Source: an uncultured delta proteobacterium
Lineage (GTDB): Bacteria; Desulfobacterota; Desulfobacteria; Desulfobacterales; Desulfatirhabdiaceae
Length of the DNA stretch: 64,000 nucleotides
NCBI GenBank assembly: GCA_963789395.1
Contig: CAWBKP010000017.1
Span: 54,612 to 118,611, forward strand
Direction of reading: 5' to 3'
Part shown: positions 19,452 through 30,318 of the stretch, piece after piece
Layout of the letters: each line of letters opens with the position of its first letter
Position numbering within the stretch: the stretch's first letter is position 1
Program-made: the position numbers and the translations under genes
The notes under the pieces: model-generated
Seen by the model: the letters and a program-made list of their open reading frames with translations, nothing else
Database searches by the model: none
Told to the model about the DNA's origin: nothing

Positions 19452-21153
19452 TCAGAAAATCCCCCTGGGGCCTGTCCATCATCCGATCCAGAACCAGAAA
19501 TCCCGCCGCCGTGATCAGCATGAGCAGGCAGCTCATGGCCATGGCCTGACCGTAATTGACGGTGCCGGGAGTTCCCAGAAACCGGTAGATGGCAATGGGA
19601 AGGGTCGGCGTCTGGGGTCTGGCGATAAATGAGGTTGCGCCGAATTCTCCCATGCTGATGGTAAAGGCGAACACGGCAGCCGCCGCAAGTGCCCGGGAAA
19701 CCAGGGGCAGATCCACGGATTTCCAGACTCCGAAAGGGGAGGCGCCAAGAATTGCCGCCGACTCTCCTAACTGCGCATGGATGCTGCGGAGTGCCGGCAG
19801 CAGGCAGCGTATGACAAAGGGAAAGGCTGTCAGCGTGTGGGCAATGGGTAAAAGAAGCCATGAACTTCTTAGATTCAAAGGCGGTTTGTCCAGTGAGATG
19901 ATGAAGCCAAATCCCAGGGTTACCGCGGAAGTGGAAAGCGGCAGCATGAACAAAGGATCCAGAAATGCGGATAGTCTTGTTTTGGTTCTTGCCAGAAACA
20001 TAGCCGCTGGAAACCCGATCCCCAGTGACAGGGTGAGGGTGCAGAGCGCTACGCCGATTGAATTTTTCAGGGCCTGTATCGGCGGCACATAAAACAGGGA
20101 CTGAGCGGAATCGATAAAGAGCAGTTGGTAATGGATCGGGGAAAAGCCGGTATCCGTGATTGCGGATTGCAGGATAAGGGCTGCCAGCGGTGACCCCTCA
20201 AAAACAATAATCCAACCTATACTGGCGCCTATGAGAACATAATGGGATATTCTTGAAGGGTTTCGAGCGGTTGACGGATATGCACTGGATTCTGCGGTAA
20301 CAGCTGTTTTGCGTTGCAGATTTGTATAAACCCACAGACAGGCAAAGGTAAACAGAATCTGTATTGCGGAGAGAGCGGCGGCCAGGGGAAGATGAAACAG
20401 GTTTACCGCCTGGCGGTAAATCTCGACTTCGACAGTGGCGAGCCGGGGACCTCCCAGAATCAGAATGACGCCGAAACTGCTGAAGCAGAATACAAAAATC
20501 AGCATGGCGGATGAGAGCAAAACTGGCACCAGGAGCGGGAACGTAATCTGCCGGAAGGATTTCCAGGGGGAGGCGCCCAGTAGCTGTGCTGCATGAATCA
20601 GGGCCGGATTGAGGTGGCGTCCAAAGCCGGTAATCATTCGAAACGCGATTGAAAAATTGTAAAACACATGGGCGATCAGAATGAACCCCACGCTGTGATT
20701 CAGGTTAACGGGAGGAGATGCCAGGTGAAACCCGTCCGCCAGCAAGGTGTTGATGACCCCCTGTGGACCCAGCAGAGACTGAAACGCCGCCCCTACCACA
20801 ACTGTCGGCAGCACAAAGGGAACGGCAATCAGGGACTGAATCAGGCGTTTGCCCGGAAAATCAAACCGGATAAAAACCCAGGCGACAGGAAGTGCCGTAA
20901 CCAGGGTCAGGATCGTGGAAAGCGCTGCCTGCCAGAAGGTGAACCAAAGGATTCTGGCATAATACCCGGAACGCATCAGCGGCGACAGGGCACTGAAATC
21001 CCATGTGCCTTCGGGTGCCAGACTCAATTTCAGGATGTTCAGAAGCGGATAAAAATAAAATACTCCCAGAAACAGCAGCGGAATTCCCGCCAGAATACAA
21101 TGCGATGGGCGAATACGGGTTTTCATATAAGGCCCCATGATCGTTTCGATCAC
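19452..21153 (-). CDS. thiP: ABC transporter permease (thiamine, ThiP-like); natural stop probably TGA at 19452 masked by a 1-nt insertion
   Basis: Duplicated permease with PFVLPTVV, AAQLLGAS, AAILGAS, ISMGEFGA; ends ...QGDF. Confidence 0.88.
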
Positions 21154-21159
21154 AACAGA

Positions 21160-22200
21160 TTACCGGAGCACCGCATCGGTCCAGGCGTCTATCCATTTTT
21201 CACGGCCGGCATCGATTTGTTGGGGAGATATTTGTACAGGACGACGGGTTGTTTGGGTGTTTCGGACAAACACATCCGGAAGCTTGGCAGTGGTGTTTGC
21301 CGGAAACACGAACATCTGAAGGGGAATATCTTCCTGAAAGGGTTTATCCAGCATAAAATCCACCAGCTTCTGCGCCAGTTCCAGGTGTTTTGTGCCTTTG
21401 AGAATCCCTACAAATTCGATCTGGCGAAAGCAGGTTCCATCCGAAGTCACAGCTGCCGTTGGAGACTGTGTAGTGGGTTGCTTGGAATACCAGACTTCCG
21501 CTGCCGGGCTGCCGGCATAGCTGACAACAATCGGACGGTTTCCCTTGGATGATGCGCTGAAATTTCCCCAGTATGCCTGTTTCCATCCATCCACGGCCAA
21601 AACATCATTGGCCTTAAGCTTTTTCCAGAACTCAAGATATCCGGTTTCCCCGAAATGCGCCACCGTGGTCAGCAAAAAAGCAAGTCCCGGAGAGGAAGTC
21701 GCCGGGTTTTCCACAACCGTAAGTCCCGAATATTCCGGCTTGATCAGATCTTCCAGGTGTTCCGGAGCCGGAATCCCTTTCCGGGAGAACCAGTTCTTGT
21801 CGTAATTGAGGCAGACATCGCCGAAATCCACCGGCAGCAGCCGGTTTTCCGGATCCAGTTTCAAGGCGTCCGCAATGGCGCTCAGAAGGGGGGATGCGTA
21901 GGGGATAAAAATTCCCGAAGACAGTGCCCGGCTCATAAACGTGTTGTCAACCCCGAAAAAGACATCGGCCATGGGATTGGATCTGGACAAAATGGCCTGG
22001 TTCAGGACGGCACCGGCATCACCTGCCTTGATGAACCGGACCGAAACCCCATGGGTTGTTTCAAATTCAGCCATGAGGGGTTTGCTGATGCTGAAGCTGT
22101 CATGCGTCATGACCGTCAGTTCAATGGCCTTATCCTGTGCCAGGCCGGCGGTGCCGGAAACGCAAAGAAGCAAAAGTATGGATCGCCACAATGTTTTCAT
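21160..22200 (-). CDS. thiB: Thiamine ABC transporter substrate-binding protein
   Basis: Signal peptide; THDSF, DVFFGVDN, NPATSSPGLAFL, VVSYAGSPA, FRQIEFVGIL; TPP riboswitch upstream. Confidence 0.93.
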   Translation of the reverse strand: MKTLWRSILLLLCVSGTAGLAQDKAIELTVMTHDSFSISKPLMAEFETTHGVSVRFIKAGDAGAVLNQAILSRSNPMADVFFGVDNTFMSRALSSGIFIPYASPLLSAIADALKLDPENRLLPVDFGDVCLNYDKNWFSRKGIPAPEHLEDLIKPEYSGLTVVENPATSSPGLAFLLTTVAHFGETGYLEFWKKLKANDVLAVDGWKQAYWGNFSASSKGNRPIVVSYAGSPAAEVWYSKQPTTQSPTAAVTSDGTCFRQIEFVGILKGTKHLELAQKLVDFMLDKPFQEDIPLQMFVFPANTTAKLPDVFVRNTQTTRRPVQISPQQIDAGREKWIDAWTDAVLR

Positions 22201-22216
22201 GTTCTTTCCTTTAAAT

Positions 22217-22251
22217 AAAAAAAGCCATCTTCCGATAAAGGGAGATGGCTT
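22217..22251 (-). terminator. Intrinsic terminator, expression platform of the TPP riboswitch
   Basis: Minus strand AAGCCATCTCC-loop-GAAGATGGCTT followed by a U tract, between aptamer and thiB RBS. Confidence 0.85.
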
Positions 22252-22262
22252 CTGGCCTGAGA

Positions 22263-22358
22263 TTTCCTCCACCGGCATTACCCGGATCAGGTTCAACGGT
22301 CGGACTCACTGCTTTTGGCAGAGCCCCTCTCAGCCTGGTTTGTCCAAGCTCCCGAAAA
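22263..22358 (-). promoter_or_regulatory. TPP (THI-box) riboswitch
   Basis: Minus strand GGGAGC...GCTGAGAG...GACCGTTGAACCTGATCCGGGTAATGCCGGTGGAGGAA matches the THI-box core. Confidence 0.95.
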
Positions 22359-22425
22359 AAATGCAGTCATTAAAAGTGGATGATTCCGACTCTATGGGTT
22401 TGGCCGTGGATTGTCAAGCGGCATT

Positions 22426-24664
22426 TCAGATGCTTTCGATCCGGCAGGGCACAAACCGGTGGATGGGAGTGCCCAGCGGATCCCGGTGCGTGTTTTTTGT
22501 CAGCTGGTTGACATTGATGCCGTAAACGGAGTCGCCGTAGATCAAACCGAAACCATGGGGAATCAGAACCATTCCTGAACGGACCTGGGTGCTGACTTGC
22601 AGTTCGCCGACCGCGCTGCCGGCTTCCGTGACGACCCTGACCGGCTGGCCGTCCGTCAGCCCCAGTGAACCGGCATCATCCGGGCTGATGGCAATGGTGC
22701 ATGCCCGTTTCCCGTTGTTCCATTCCGGGTTTCGCATCAAGGTGTTCATGTTGGTGTCCATATGCCTTCCGGCATTCAACACAAATGGAAAATCAGGCGG
22801 CATTTTCAGGCCTTCCGCTTCGCTGACCGCATTCAGATTGTTGGCCTGTTCCGCCAGTTCGGGGATGAATACCTCGATTTTTCCGGATGGTGTGCGAATG
22901 GCCGACCAGTTGTCGGCGATTTCGGCTTTTCCGACCCACAGTCCCTGAGGGGTGTCCAGAAGGGCCTGAAATATCCTGTCTCCCTGATCCAGGCCGGTTT
23001 GAAAGCCGGCCCGGGCCGCGTTTTTGCGAAAGGTTTTCGGGGCGGTCATCAGCATTCCCCACGACGCGGCCAGTGCGGCGCTGTCCCACACGCGGCCCAG
23101 GGTTTTCGCCAGCACAAACGGCATCCGGCTTTGCACACCCGGTGTTTTACCGGCCCATTCCATTAAATGCATGCCAAAGGTGAGGCGGTCGCTTTCAGCG
23201 GCATTCTGAATATGATCCGGGATATCCGGTATCAGACCCAGCCGGTCCGCCAGCAATGTGAATATCTGTGAAGCTTCCAGACAATGCTGCGGCGGTTTGA
23301 CCACAGGTCTTCGCAACTGAAAAAAAACATCCGGAAATGTCCAGGGGAAAAACGTGCCGTCCCATGATTCGTAGTACGATCGGCATGGCAGCACGTAATG
23401 GGCCTGCCGGGCGGTTTCGCTCATTACGATATCGTTCACCACCAGAAGATCCAGCCGCTCAAACGCCTTTTCAAATGCCTGGGTGTCGGCATAGGACCGA
23501 AGCGGGTTGCAGGCGCTGACCAGAACGGCCCGAAGGCGGTCCGGACGGTCGGTCAGGATTTCCTCGGGCATGACATTGGGGGGAAAGGACCCTGCCGCAG
23601 CCGGCGGCATGGCGGTTTCAACCGTCCGCCAGGTTTCGGGACTGCGTTCATCCGCATGAAATCCCATGGGCATGACCATGCCGGGAATAACGTTGCCGCC
23701 CCGAACGCAGAAAATGCCGCAGATGGCTCCCAGAATATTCATCAGATAAGAATTGAGCGTGCTGTGGCGTCCCATGTAAATCCCAAGATCCGGATGCATG
23801 CACCATCGCTTTGTGGTCATCAGGCGACATACCTGGTGGACCAGGGAATACTCGAGCCGGCAAACGTCAAGGGCTGCGCGGCTGTCGAAACCGGCGAACC
23901 AGGGCTTGATTCTTTCCCAGTCAGCCACGTTTCGCGTGATATAGTCGGATGCTTCCCATCCTTCATTGACGATGATGGCGATCATTGCCTTGGCCAGCAG
24001 GGCGTCGGTGCCGGGTCGCACCGCAAGGTGAATGTCGGCAATGGCGGCTGTTTCACTTTTTCTGGGATCGATCACCACAAGCAGCCGGTCCGGGTCTTTG
24101 CTGAAACCGGTGAGTGTTTTGCGGGCCTGAGGCATCTGATGGCTCATCATGCCGTTCCATCCCCATCCAACCAGCATTTCGGCGCTATGCTCATCCGGTA
24201 TGGCGAAGTTGTACTGCCTGCCCAGCATGCGGCCCAATACCCACCAGATGCCGCTGAATTCCTGGCCGGCGGATGAATAGTAATACTGGGAGCCCATGGC
24301 CCGAAGCAGGCTGATGCCGAAAGAGGCTTCGAAATGGCCGCCCTGCGAGCTTCCACCCATGTATGCCAAAGATCGCGGGCCATGGTGATCAACTATATCC
24401 CGCAGTTTTTCTGCGATTTCATCTATGGCCTGTTTCCAGCTGATTTCCTTGAATCCGCCGTCCATCCGCTTCAGCGGAACGGTCAGCCGGTCCTTGGGAT
24501 ACTGGTGATAGGCAATATTCAGTCCTTTCCGGCAGACATAGCCCTGACTCCGCGGGTTGTCTTTGTCAGGCCTGGACCCGGATGATCCTATCCTCGTCAA
24601 CCAATACTTCCAGACCACAGTTCTGGGCGCATAACACGCATCCGGTTTTATGCCAGGTTTCCAT
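22426..24664 (-). CDS. Cytoplasmic molybdopterin (bis-MGD) oxidoreductase; frameshift near 24575
   Basis: Corrected N-terminus METWHKTGCVLCAQNCGL...YVCRKG (4Fe-4S); VVIDPRKSETA, VRPGTDALL, ETARQAHYVLP; no Tat signal seen. Confidence 0.9.
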
Positions 24665-24700
24665 AACACCTCCTCAAAAAAAAGGTTCAGACCTAACAGG

Positions 24701-25772
24701 TCACGCTAAAAGTCCGCGTTCTTTTGCCATGGCCATCATTTGATCGGAGCCGGTCACCGGCGGAACCCGGAACTGATCCCCGACCTTTAGTTTAAGACTC
24801 AGTGCGCCGGAAGGACAGGTCGTCACGCACAGACCGCAGCCGATGCAGCGATCCGGATTGATGTCCGCTCGATCCTGATCATTCATGACCAGGGCGTTCA
24901 TCTGGCATCGATCGATGCACGTTTGACATCCCACGCACAATTCCGGATCCATCATGGCGACATAGTTTGAAAAAACGAGATCTGCCGGCCTGGGATGCTG
25001 ATTGAGCGCCCGGAGCACGCCGCAGCAGTCCCCGCAGCAGTTGCACATGCCTCCCGGGTTCTGTGCCGTGGCCGGTTGGGTGACCAGGCCGGCCGCCTGG
25101 GCATCCGACAGGATTTGAATCGCCTCGTTGATGTCGATTCTACGGCCCATCTGGTTGTCCAGATAATACTGTGCCATGGCGCCGAACATAAAACAGGTTT
25201 CAAGGGGCTTGTCGCATGACTGATCGATCAGTCCTTTTTGTTTCCGGCAGATGCAATCCGTGACAACAATCAGATTCATTTTCTTCAGGATTTCTGTTGC
25301 ATCGTCAAATGCCGCAACATTCCGGGATGCATCCAATGATTTATGAACCGGTATCGTTCGTAAAAACGTGCCGCGGGTCTTGTTGAAGGCATCCAAAAAA
25401 CCGGCCTGGAAATATTCTTCCAGCAGCCGGGACAGGTTGCTGATCCAGCCTGGATACCTGAAATTCAAACAGACCATGGACAAACGGAATGGCGGCATAT
25501 CGCACGGAATCCCCTTTTTTCACCCGGAAAAGTAACCCCCGGCCGGCCATATCTTCAAGCTGCCTGCCAACATCCGGAAGGGGTCGGCCCATGCGCTCGG
25601 CTACCAATTCCGGCTTTTCCAGCCGGTGTGACAGAGAAAGAAACAGATTGGCTTCATCTTCTGTAAACAGTTCTTTCAAGATTTTAATCTCAATTCCGGT
25701 TGCTGTTTCCGGAAAACCGATAGAATAGGAATTCAGCCGTTCCTGCAGTTGTTTGAAAATGTTTGTGTTCAT
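24701..25772 (-). CDS. wHTH + 4Fe-4S dicluster protein; frameshift near 25442
   Basis: CICRK, CNCCGDCCGVL, CVGCQTCIDRC, CIGCGLCVTTCP; N-terminal ELFTEDEA...LEDMAGRGLL. Confidence 0.88.
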
Positions 25773-25847
25773 GTTACCTCTGAGAAATTGAAAGGTTTAT
25801 GTGGAAGCCTTTTCTTCACATCAATGGCGGCACTTTGTTTGTGTGCT

Positions 25848-25869
25848 TAGTACTTGTATGCAAGCTAAT
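25848..25869. promoter_or_regulatory. Putative MarR operator (imperfect palindrome)
   Basis: TAGTACTTGTATGCAAGCTAAT; its reverse complement shares ATTAGCTTGyATAC with the site at 26340. Confidence 0.55.
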
Positions 25870-25886
25870 TGTATAAATTTATAGAA

Positions 25887-26315
25887 CTAACCCTCTCCGC
25901 GATGACTTCGGTAGAGTTTTTTCAAAAGAAGCCGCAAAATTACTTGTTCCTCTGATGTCAGGGGTTCTAAAAAATCCTGATTGGCTGTTTTTGCCAGCGT
26001 GATCAGGTGTTCTGTCAATTGTCTGCCTTGTGCGGTCAAACAGACGCTCAGGGCTCTGCGGTCCTCCGGATGCGTCTTTTTTTCAACCAGGCTGGCTTTT
26101 TCAAGCCGGTCCAGAATGCCGGTAAGGGTGGCGCTGTCCAGCATGACCCTTTCCCCGAGTTCACGGGATGTCACCTGGTCGTTTTCGTGGAGAAACCCCA
26201 GCACCATGCCTTGGGCAGCCGTTACGTTTGCGCCGGTCAGGCGGCTGGTCCAGAATTTTGCGGCAGCCTGGTTGGCTTTTGCGAGCTGAAAAAAAATGCA
26301 TTGATCCGGTTTCAT
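25887..26315 (-). CDS. MarR-family transcriptional regulator
   Basis: CIFFQLAKA, LDSATLTGILDRLE, DRRALSVCLT; AGGA RBS before ATG 26315. Confidence 0.93.
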   Translation of the reverse strand: MKPDQCIFFQLAKANQAAAKFWTSRLTGANVTAAQGMVLGFLHENDQVTSRELGERVMLDSATLTGILDRLEKASLVEKKTHPEDRRALSVCLTAQGRQLTEHLITLAKTANQDFLEPLTSEEQVILRLLLKKLYRSHRGEG

Positions 26316-26339
26316 TTTAGTCCTATGTAGTGCCGTCAT

Positions 26340-26359
26340 ATTAGCTTGTATACGATCAT
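26340..26359. promoter_or_regulatory. Putative MarR autoregulatory operator
   Basis: ATTAGCTTGTATACGATCAT between a minus-strand TTGACA (26374-26379) and the marR start. Confidence 0.5.
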
Positions 26360-26485
26360 TTATATTCAATAAATGTCAAGAAAAAAATGCTGTTTATTCA
26401 ATGCTGTAATGAAAAAGGAAATGACAGTTTTGGTATGTTTTATGTATAGGAGGGCATTTTTCAATGTTACGGCTTGACGGTTCCC

Positions 26486-26515
26486 CTTGTTCCCAAGCTT
26501 TTGCGTGGGAACAAG
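26486..26515. repeat. REP-like palindrome / hairpin after the acyl-CoA ligase
   Basis: CTTGTTCCCA-AGCTTTTGCG-TGGGAACAAG, perfect 10-bp stem. Confidence 0.6.
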
Positions 26516-26527
26516 AGAAGAAAGATA

Positions 26528-28270
26528 TCAAGCTTCATTTCCCAGCGCTTCATCTCTGAGCACGCGCCGGAGAACCTTTCCTACCGGGGAGGTGGGCAGG
26601 GATTTCCCGGAATTCAATGGATCGGGGGCGTTTGTAGCCAGCCAGCTTGTCCTTGCAGAACTCCATGATTTCGGCCTCAGTTGCGGTTTCTCCGGGCAGA
26701 AGCTGGATAAATGCCTTGACCGATTCGCCGCTGCGGGGATCGGGTATGCCGACCACGGCCACGTTCTCAATCTTGGGATGGGTGAAGAGGACTTCCTCGA
26801 CTTCCCGGGGATAGCAGTTAAACCCGCCGACCAGGATCAGATCCTTTTTCCGGTCCGTAATGGTGATGTAGCCTTCAGGGTCAATATGGCCGACATCGCC
26901 GGTCAGAAAAAACCGCTTTCCGTCGATTTCCCGGAAAACAGCCGAATTTTCAAGGGGTTTATTCCAGTAGCCGGCCATGACCTGAGGTCCGCTGATCGCA
27001 ATTTCTCCATCCTCGCCCTGAGCCAGTTCCGTCAGACCTGTTTTGGAATCAACGATTTTGATATCGGTGTTGGGCATCGGGAAACCCGACCGTGCCAAAT
27101 TTGCGGTCCGTGGTGTTGCTGGGATTGCCGGAGGCGACCGGCGCTGTTTCGCTGAGGCCGTATCCCTCAAAAATAATGCATCCGGTCTTGGCCTCAAATT
27201 TCTTGGCAACCTCAACAGGGAGCGGTGCTCCGCCCGAACAGCAGCATTTAATGGAAGAGAGATCAAACTGATTCAGCAGCGGATGGTTGGTAAAGGCGAC
27301 AAAAATCGTGGGAACGGCAATAACCATTGTGGTTTTATATTTCTGGACGGCCTTCAGCACCTCGGTGAAGGGAGGGTTTCCGGCCCGCGGATCCGGAATG
27401 CAGACCAGACTGCCGGCGCAGGCGCTGGCGCCTAGCAGGCATAGTGTCAGGCCAAAACTGTGGTACCAGGGCAACACGCCGAGGTAACAGTGAAATCCGC
27501 CGTAGCGGAGCTTTTCAGGCGGGCCGCCGGGTTCGTGGGGAAACCGTGCCCATTCTGAGATGGCCATGCAATCAAAAACAAAATTGGCATGAGTCAGGGC
27601 AGCGCCTTTGGGAACGCCGGTTGTGCCGCCCGTATAGATGATCAATGCCAGATCCTTAGAGGGATCGATTTCGACGCTGGGCGCTTGTAGGAGATGCCGA
27701 AGCCACGACGTCATCAAAAAAAAGATGGCCTGCGACATACTGGCCCGCCTTTGGGATCTTTCCCAGAAGCGCTCCCAGAAAACCCTTGATCGGCGGAAGA
27801 TAGGATTTGACGTTGCAGATGACAACCGTTTCAACATCGGTTCCTTCGATGGCCTTGACCGCCGTTGGGTAAAACTGCGGATGATCCATGACAAACACCA
27901 TCTTGGCGCCGGCATCCTTGAGCTGGTAGTTCAACTCGCTGGCCGTATAGACGGGGTTGCAGGTCACGCAGACGGCTCCGGCCTTCAGTATTCCGAAAAA
28001 AATCGCCGGATAATGGGGAAGATTGGGCAGGAAAATTGCCACCCGGTCCCCTTTTTTAATGCCTCTGGACGCGATAAAACTGGCCAGTCGGTCCGCCGTA
28101 TCCTTGACCTGGGAATAGGTGCGCTTTCCATCGCTGAATATCGTGTAGGTCTGGTTGGGATAATCGCGGGCAGCATCATCCAGAAAGGAAAACAGCGGCT
28201 TTTCAAAACCGGAAATCTCGCGAGAAACGTCTTTGGGCCATCGGGTCGTGGGCCAGGGGGGTAGTGCCAT
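26528..28270 (-). CDS. fadD: Long-chain fatty-acid--CoA ligase (FadD-like), three apparent frameshifts
   Basis: Fragments carry YTGGTTGVPKG, EGYGLSE, FFLTGDVG, DRKKDLILVGGFNCYPREVEE, LPTSPVGKVLRR in order across four frames. Confidence 0.88.
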
Positions 28271-28305
28271 GGGGTCAGCCTCCTGTTTGCGTTATGAAGA
28301 GATGG

Positions 28306-29100
28306 TTAGGGGTCCAGCAATTTCTGAAAAAAGGTTTTCTCAGGTAGCGAAGTCTGCAAATCCGGGTCAAAAATATATCCGATAGATCTTAAACTTTTGA
28401 AATAAAGCGGTTTCCGAGGATTTTCCTCGAAATATTTTCGAAGACGAACAATAAAATTATCAACGGTTCGCGTGGTGGTTTCCCGTGTATAGCCCCACCC
28501 GATTTCCAGAAGCCTGTCCCGGGAAAGGGGCTTACCCTTATTAGCGATAAACAGTTTGAGGAGCTTTATCTCCTGTTCGGTAAGATGAAAGGTTCCTTTG
28601 GGAGTGGTGGCAGAGGCGGTTTCAAAGTCAATCCGGTTATTGCCAAACTCGTAAACGCTGGGAAAAGATGAAAAAGCGGATGCCGATTCAACAGACTGCT
28701 GCTGGCTCCAGGAGGAGCGGGTCAGCAGCCGTTCGATTCTGAGCAGGAATTCATCCAGATCAAAAGGCTTGCTCAGATAGTCATCCACGCCGAATGCCAG
28801 TCCTTTGACCTTATCTTCGGATGCTGACTTGGCTGACAGGATCAGGATAGGTAATTGTTCATCCACAAGTCGAATGTTCTGCAGCACGGATAGCCCGTCG
28901 ATGCCAGGCAGCATGATATCCAGCACAATCAGGCTTGGCCGCCACTCCTTCCATTGCTGAAGTCCGGCAAATCCGTTGGCGGCGATTCGGACGGAATATC
29001 CCTGGAGCGAAAGATTGAGTTTTAACCCTTCAGAGATGTGCTCATCATCTTCGATGACCAGAATGCGATATTTTCCGGTTGATTCCATATGTTGACCCAT
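28306..29100 (-). CDS. OmpR-family response regulator
   Basis: ILVIEDD, DIMLP, DDYLSKPF; wHTH TRTVDNFIVRLRKYFE...SIGY. Confidence 0.95.
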   Translation of the reverse strand: MGQHMESTGKYRILVIEDDEHISEGLKLNLSLQGYSVRIAANGFAGLQQWKEWRPSLIVLDIMLPGIDGLSVLQNIRLVDEQLPILILSAKSASEDKVKGLAFGVDDYLSKPFDLDEFLLRIERLLTRSSWSQQQSVESASAFSSFPSVYEFGNNRIDFETASATTPKGTFHLTEQEIKLLKLFIANKGKPLSRDRLLEIGWGYTRETTTRTVDNFIVRLRKYFEENPRKPLYFKSLRSIGYIFDPDLQTSLPEKTFFQKLLDP

Positions 29101-29115
29101 GTTTGGAAAATAAGT

Positions 29116-30075
29116 TCAAGAAGAGGCTTTATACGGCAGAATTACCGTAAAAACCGATCCTTTTCCAATCCCCTGGCTTTTTGCGATGATTTTCCCTTTG
29201 TGAATCCGGACGATGGTATCCACGAGATACAGTCCAAGGCCACTTCCCTTGGCAGTCATGTCATCGGCCTTTCCCACCTGGTAGAATTTGCGAAATATTT
29301 TTCTGATTTCCGATTTTTCCAAACCGATGCCGTTGTCGGCAAAAAGCAGGTACAGTCTATTCGATCGATGTTCAATCGTGATGTCAATTTCAGGTATATC
29401 AGACGTATTGTATTTTATGCCGTTGGTCAAGAGATTCATCAGAAGCATTTCAAACAATGAAGGATTAAGCCGGTAATTATATGACTTGCCAGGGGGGTGA
29501 TGGAACTGAATCCGGCTTTTTCGGAACTGGTCCGCGTGATTGAGCAGAAAACGCTCAATTTCCGTTACGATGTCCAGGGTCAGAAACTCCCCGCCATAGC
29601 TCCGGCTTTCTATTTTGGCGATATTCAGAATGCGGTTGATGGTGTTCGACAAACGGGCCACATCCTGGGTCATGTATCGGATGTATTTGATCTGATCTTC
29701 GTTGTAGAGTTGATATTTTAATGCCGTATCCAGATACAATCTTAATGATGTCACCGGCGTTTTCAGTTCATGGGTAAAATTATTGATGAAATTCTGCTGA
29801 AGCCGGTAGAGCTGATAAATTTTTTGCTGATAGACAAAGATGATGAGGATCCCGATTAAAATGATGCCGACCAGAAGCGAAAGGACAAGGATCACGATCC
29901 AGGTGCGGGATTCCAGAACCTGCCCCCGATCCAGTTCGAACCGCAGCAGCATATCCGAAAGAACCGTATTCACTTCCATATACCAGTAGATGTAAAGAAA
30001 AAGGGATACACCCAGAGCTACGGTGGAAAGAATGAAAATGAATATGGGGTGAAGATACCACCTGGATTGCGACAT
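29116..30075 (-). CDS. Sensor histidine kinase (2 TM, short extracytoplasmic loop)
   Basis: THELKTP, NLLTNGIKY, DNGIG, GSGLGL. Confidence 0.95.
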   Translation of the reverse strand: MSQSRWYLHPIFIFILSTVALGVSLFLYIYWYMEVNTVLSDMLLRFELDRGQVLESRTWIVILVLSLLVGIILIGILIIFVYQQKIYQLYRLQQNFINNFTHELKTPVTSLRLYLDTALKYQLYNEDQIKYIRYMTQDVARLSNTINRILNIAKIESRSYGGEFLTLDIVTEIERFLLNHADQFRKSRIQFHHPPGKSYNYRLNPSLFEMLLMNLLTNGIKYNTSDIPEIDITIEHRSNRLYLLFADNGIGLEKSEIRKIFRKFYQVGKADDMTAKGSGLGLYLVDTIVRIHKGKIIAKSQGIGKGSVFTVILPYKASS

Positions 30076-30318
30076 GATTTTAACAGACTGGAATGTTGTG
30101 GTTATTTTTGGATTTAAACCTACCTATAATAGCCTGTTGTTGATGTCAACTTGCATTTCAGACGCACGCATGCAGCGGATTTTGTAAAATTTTTGTAACC
30201 TGTCATATTCATTCTGTTATTTCAGTTCACGAATCAATACAATAAGAAACTATGAAATGAGCTGATTTGAGAGGGTCGTCAACGATAACCATGGACAGCT
30301 TGTCGAAAGGAATCCGAT

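Noticed and set aside
22426..25772. Selenocysteine recoding in the molybdoenzyme or Fe-S protein
   Set aside because: The breaks are frame changes, not in-frame TGA codons at Cys positions.
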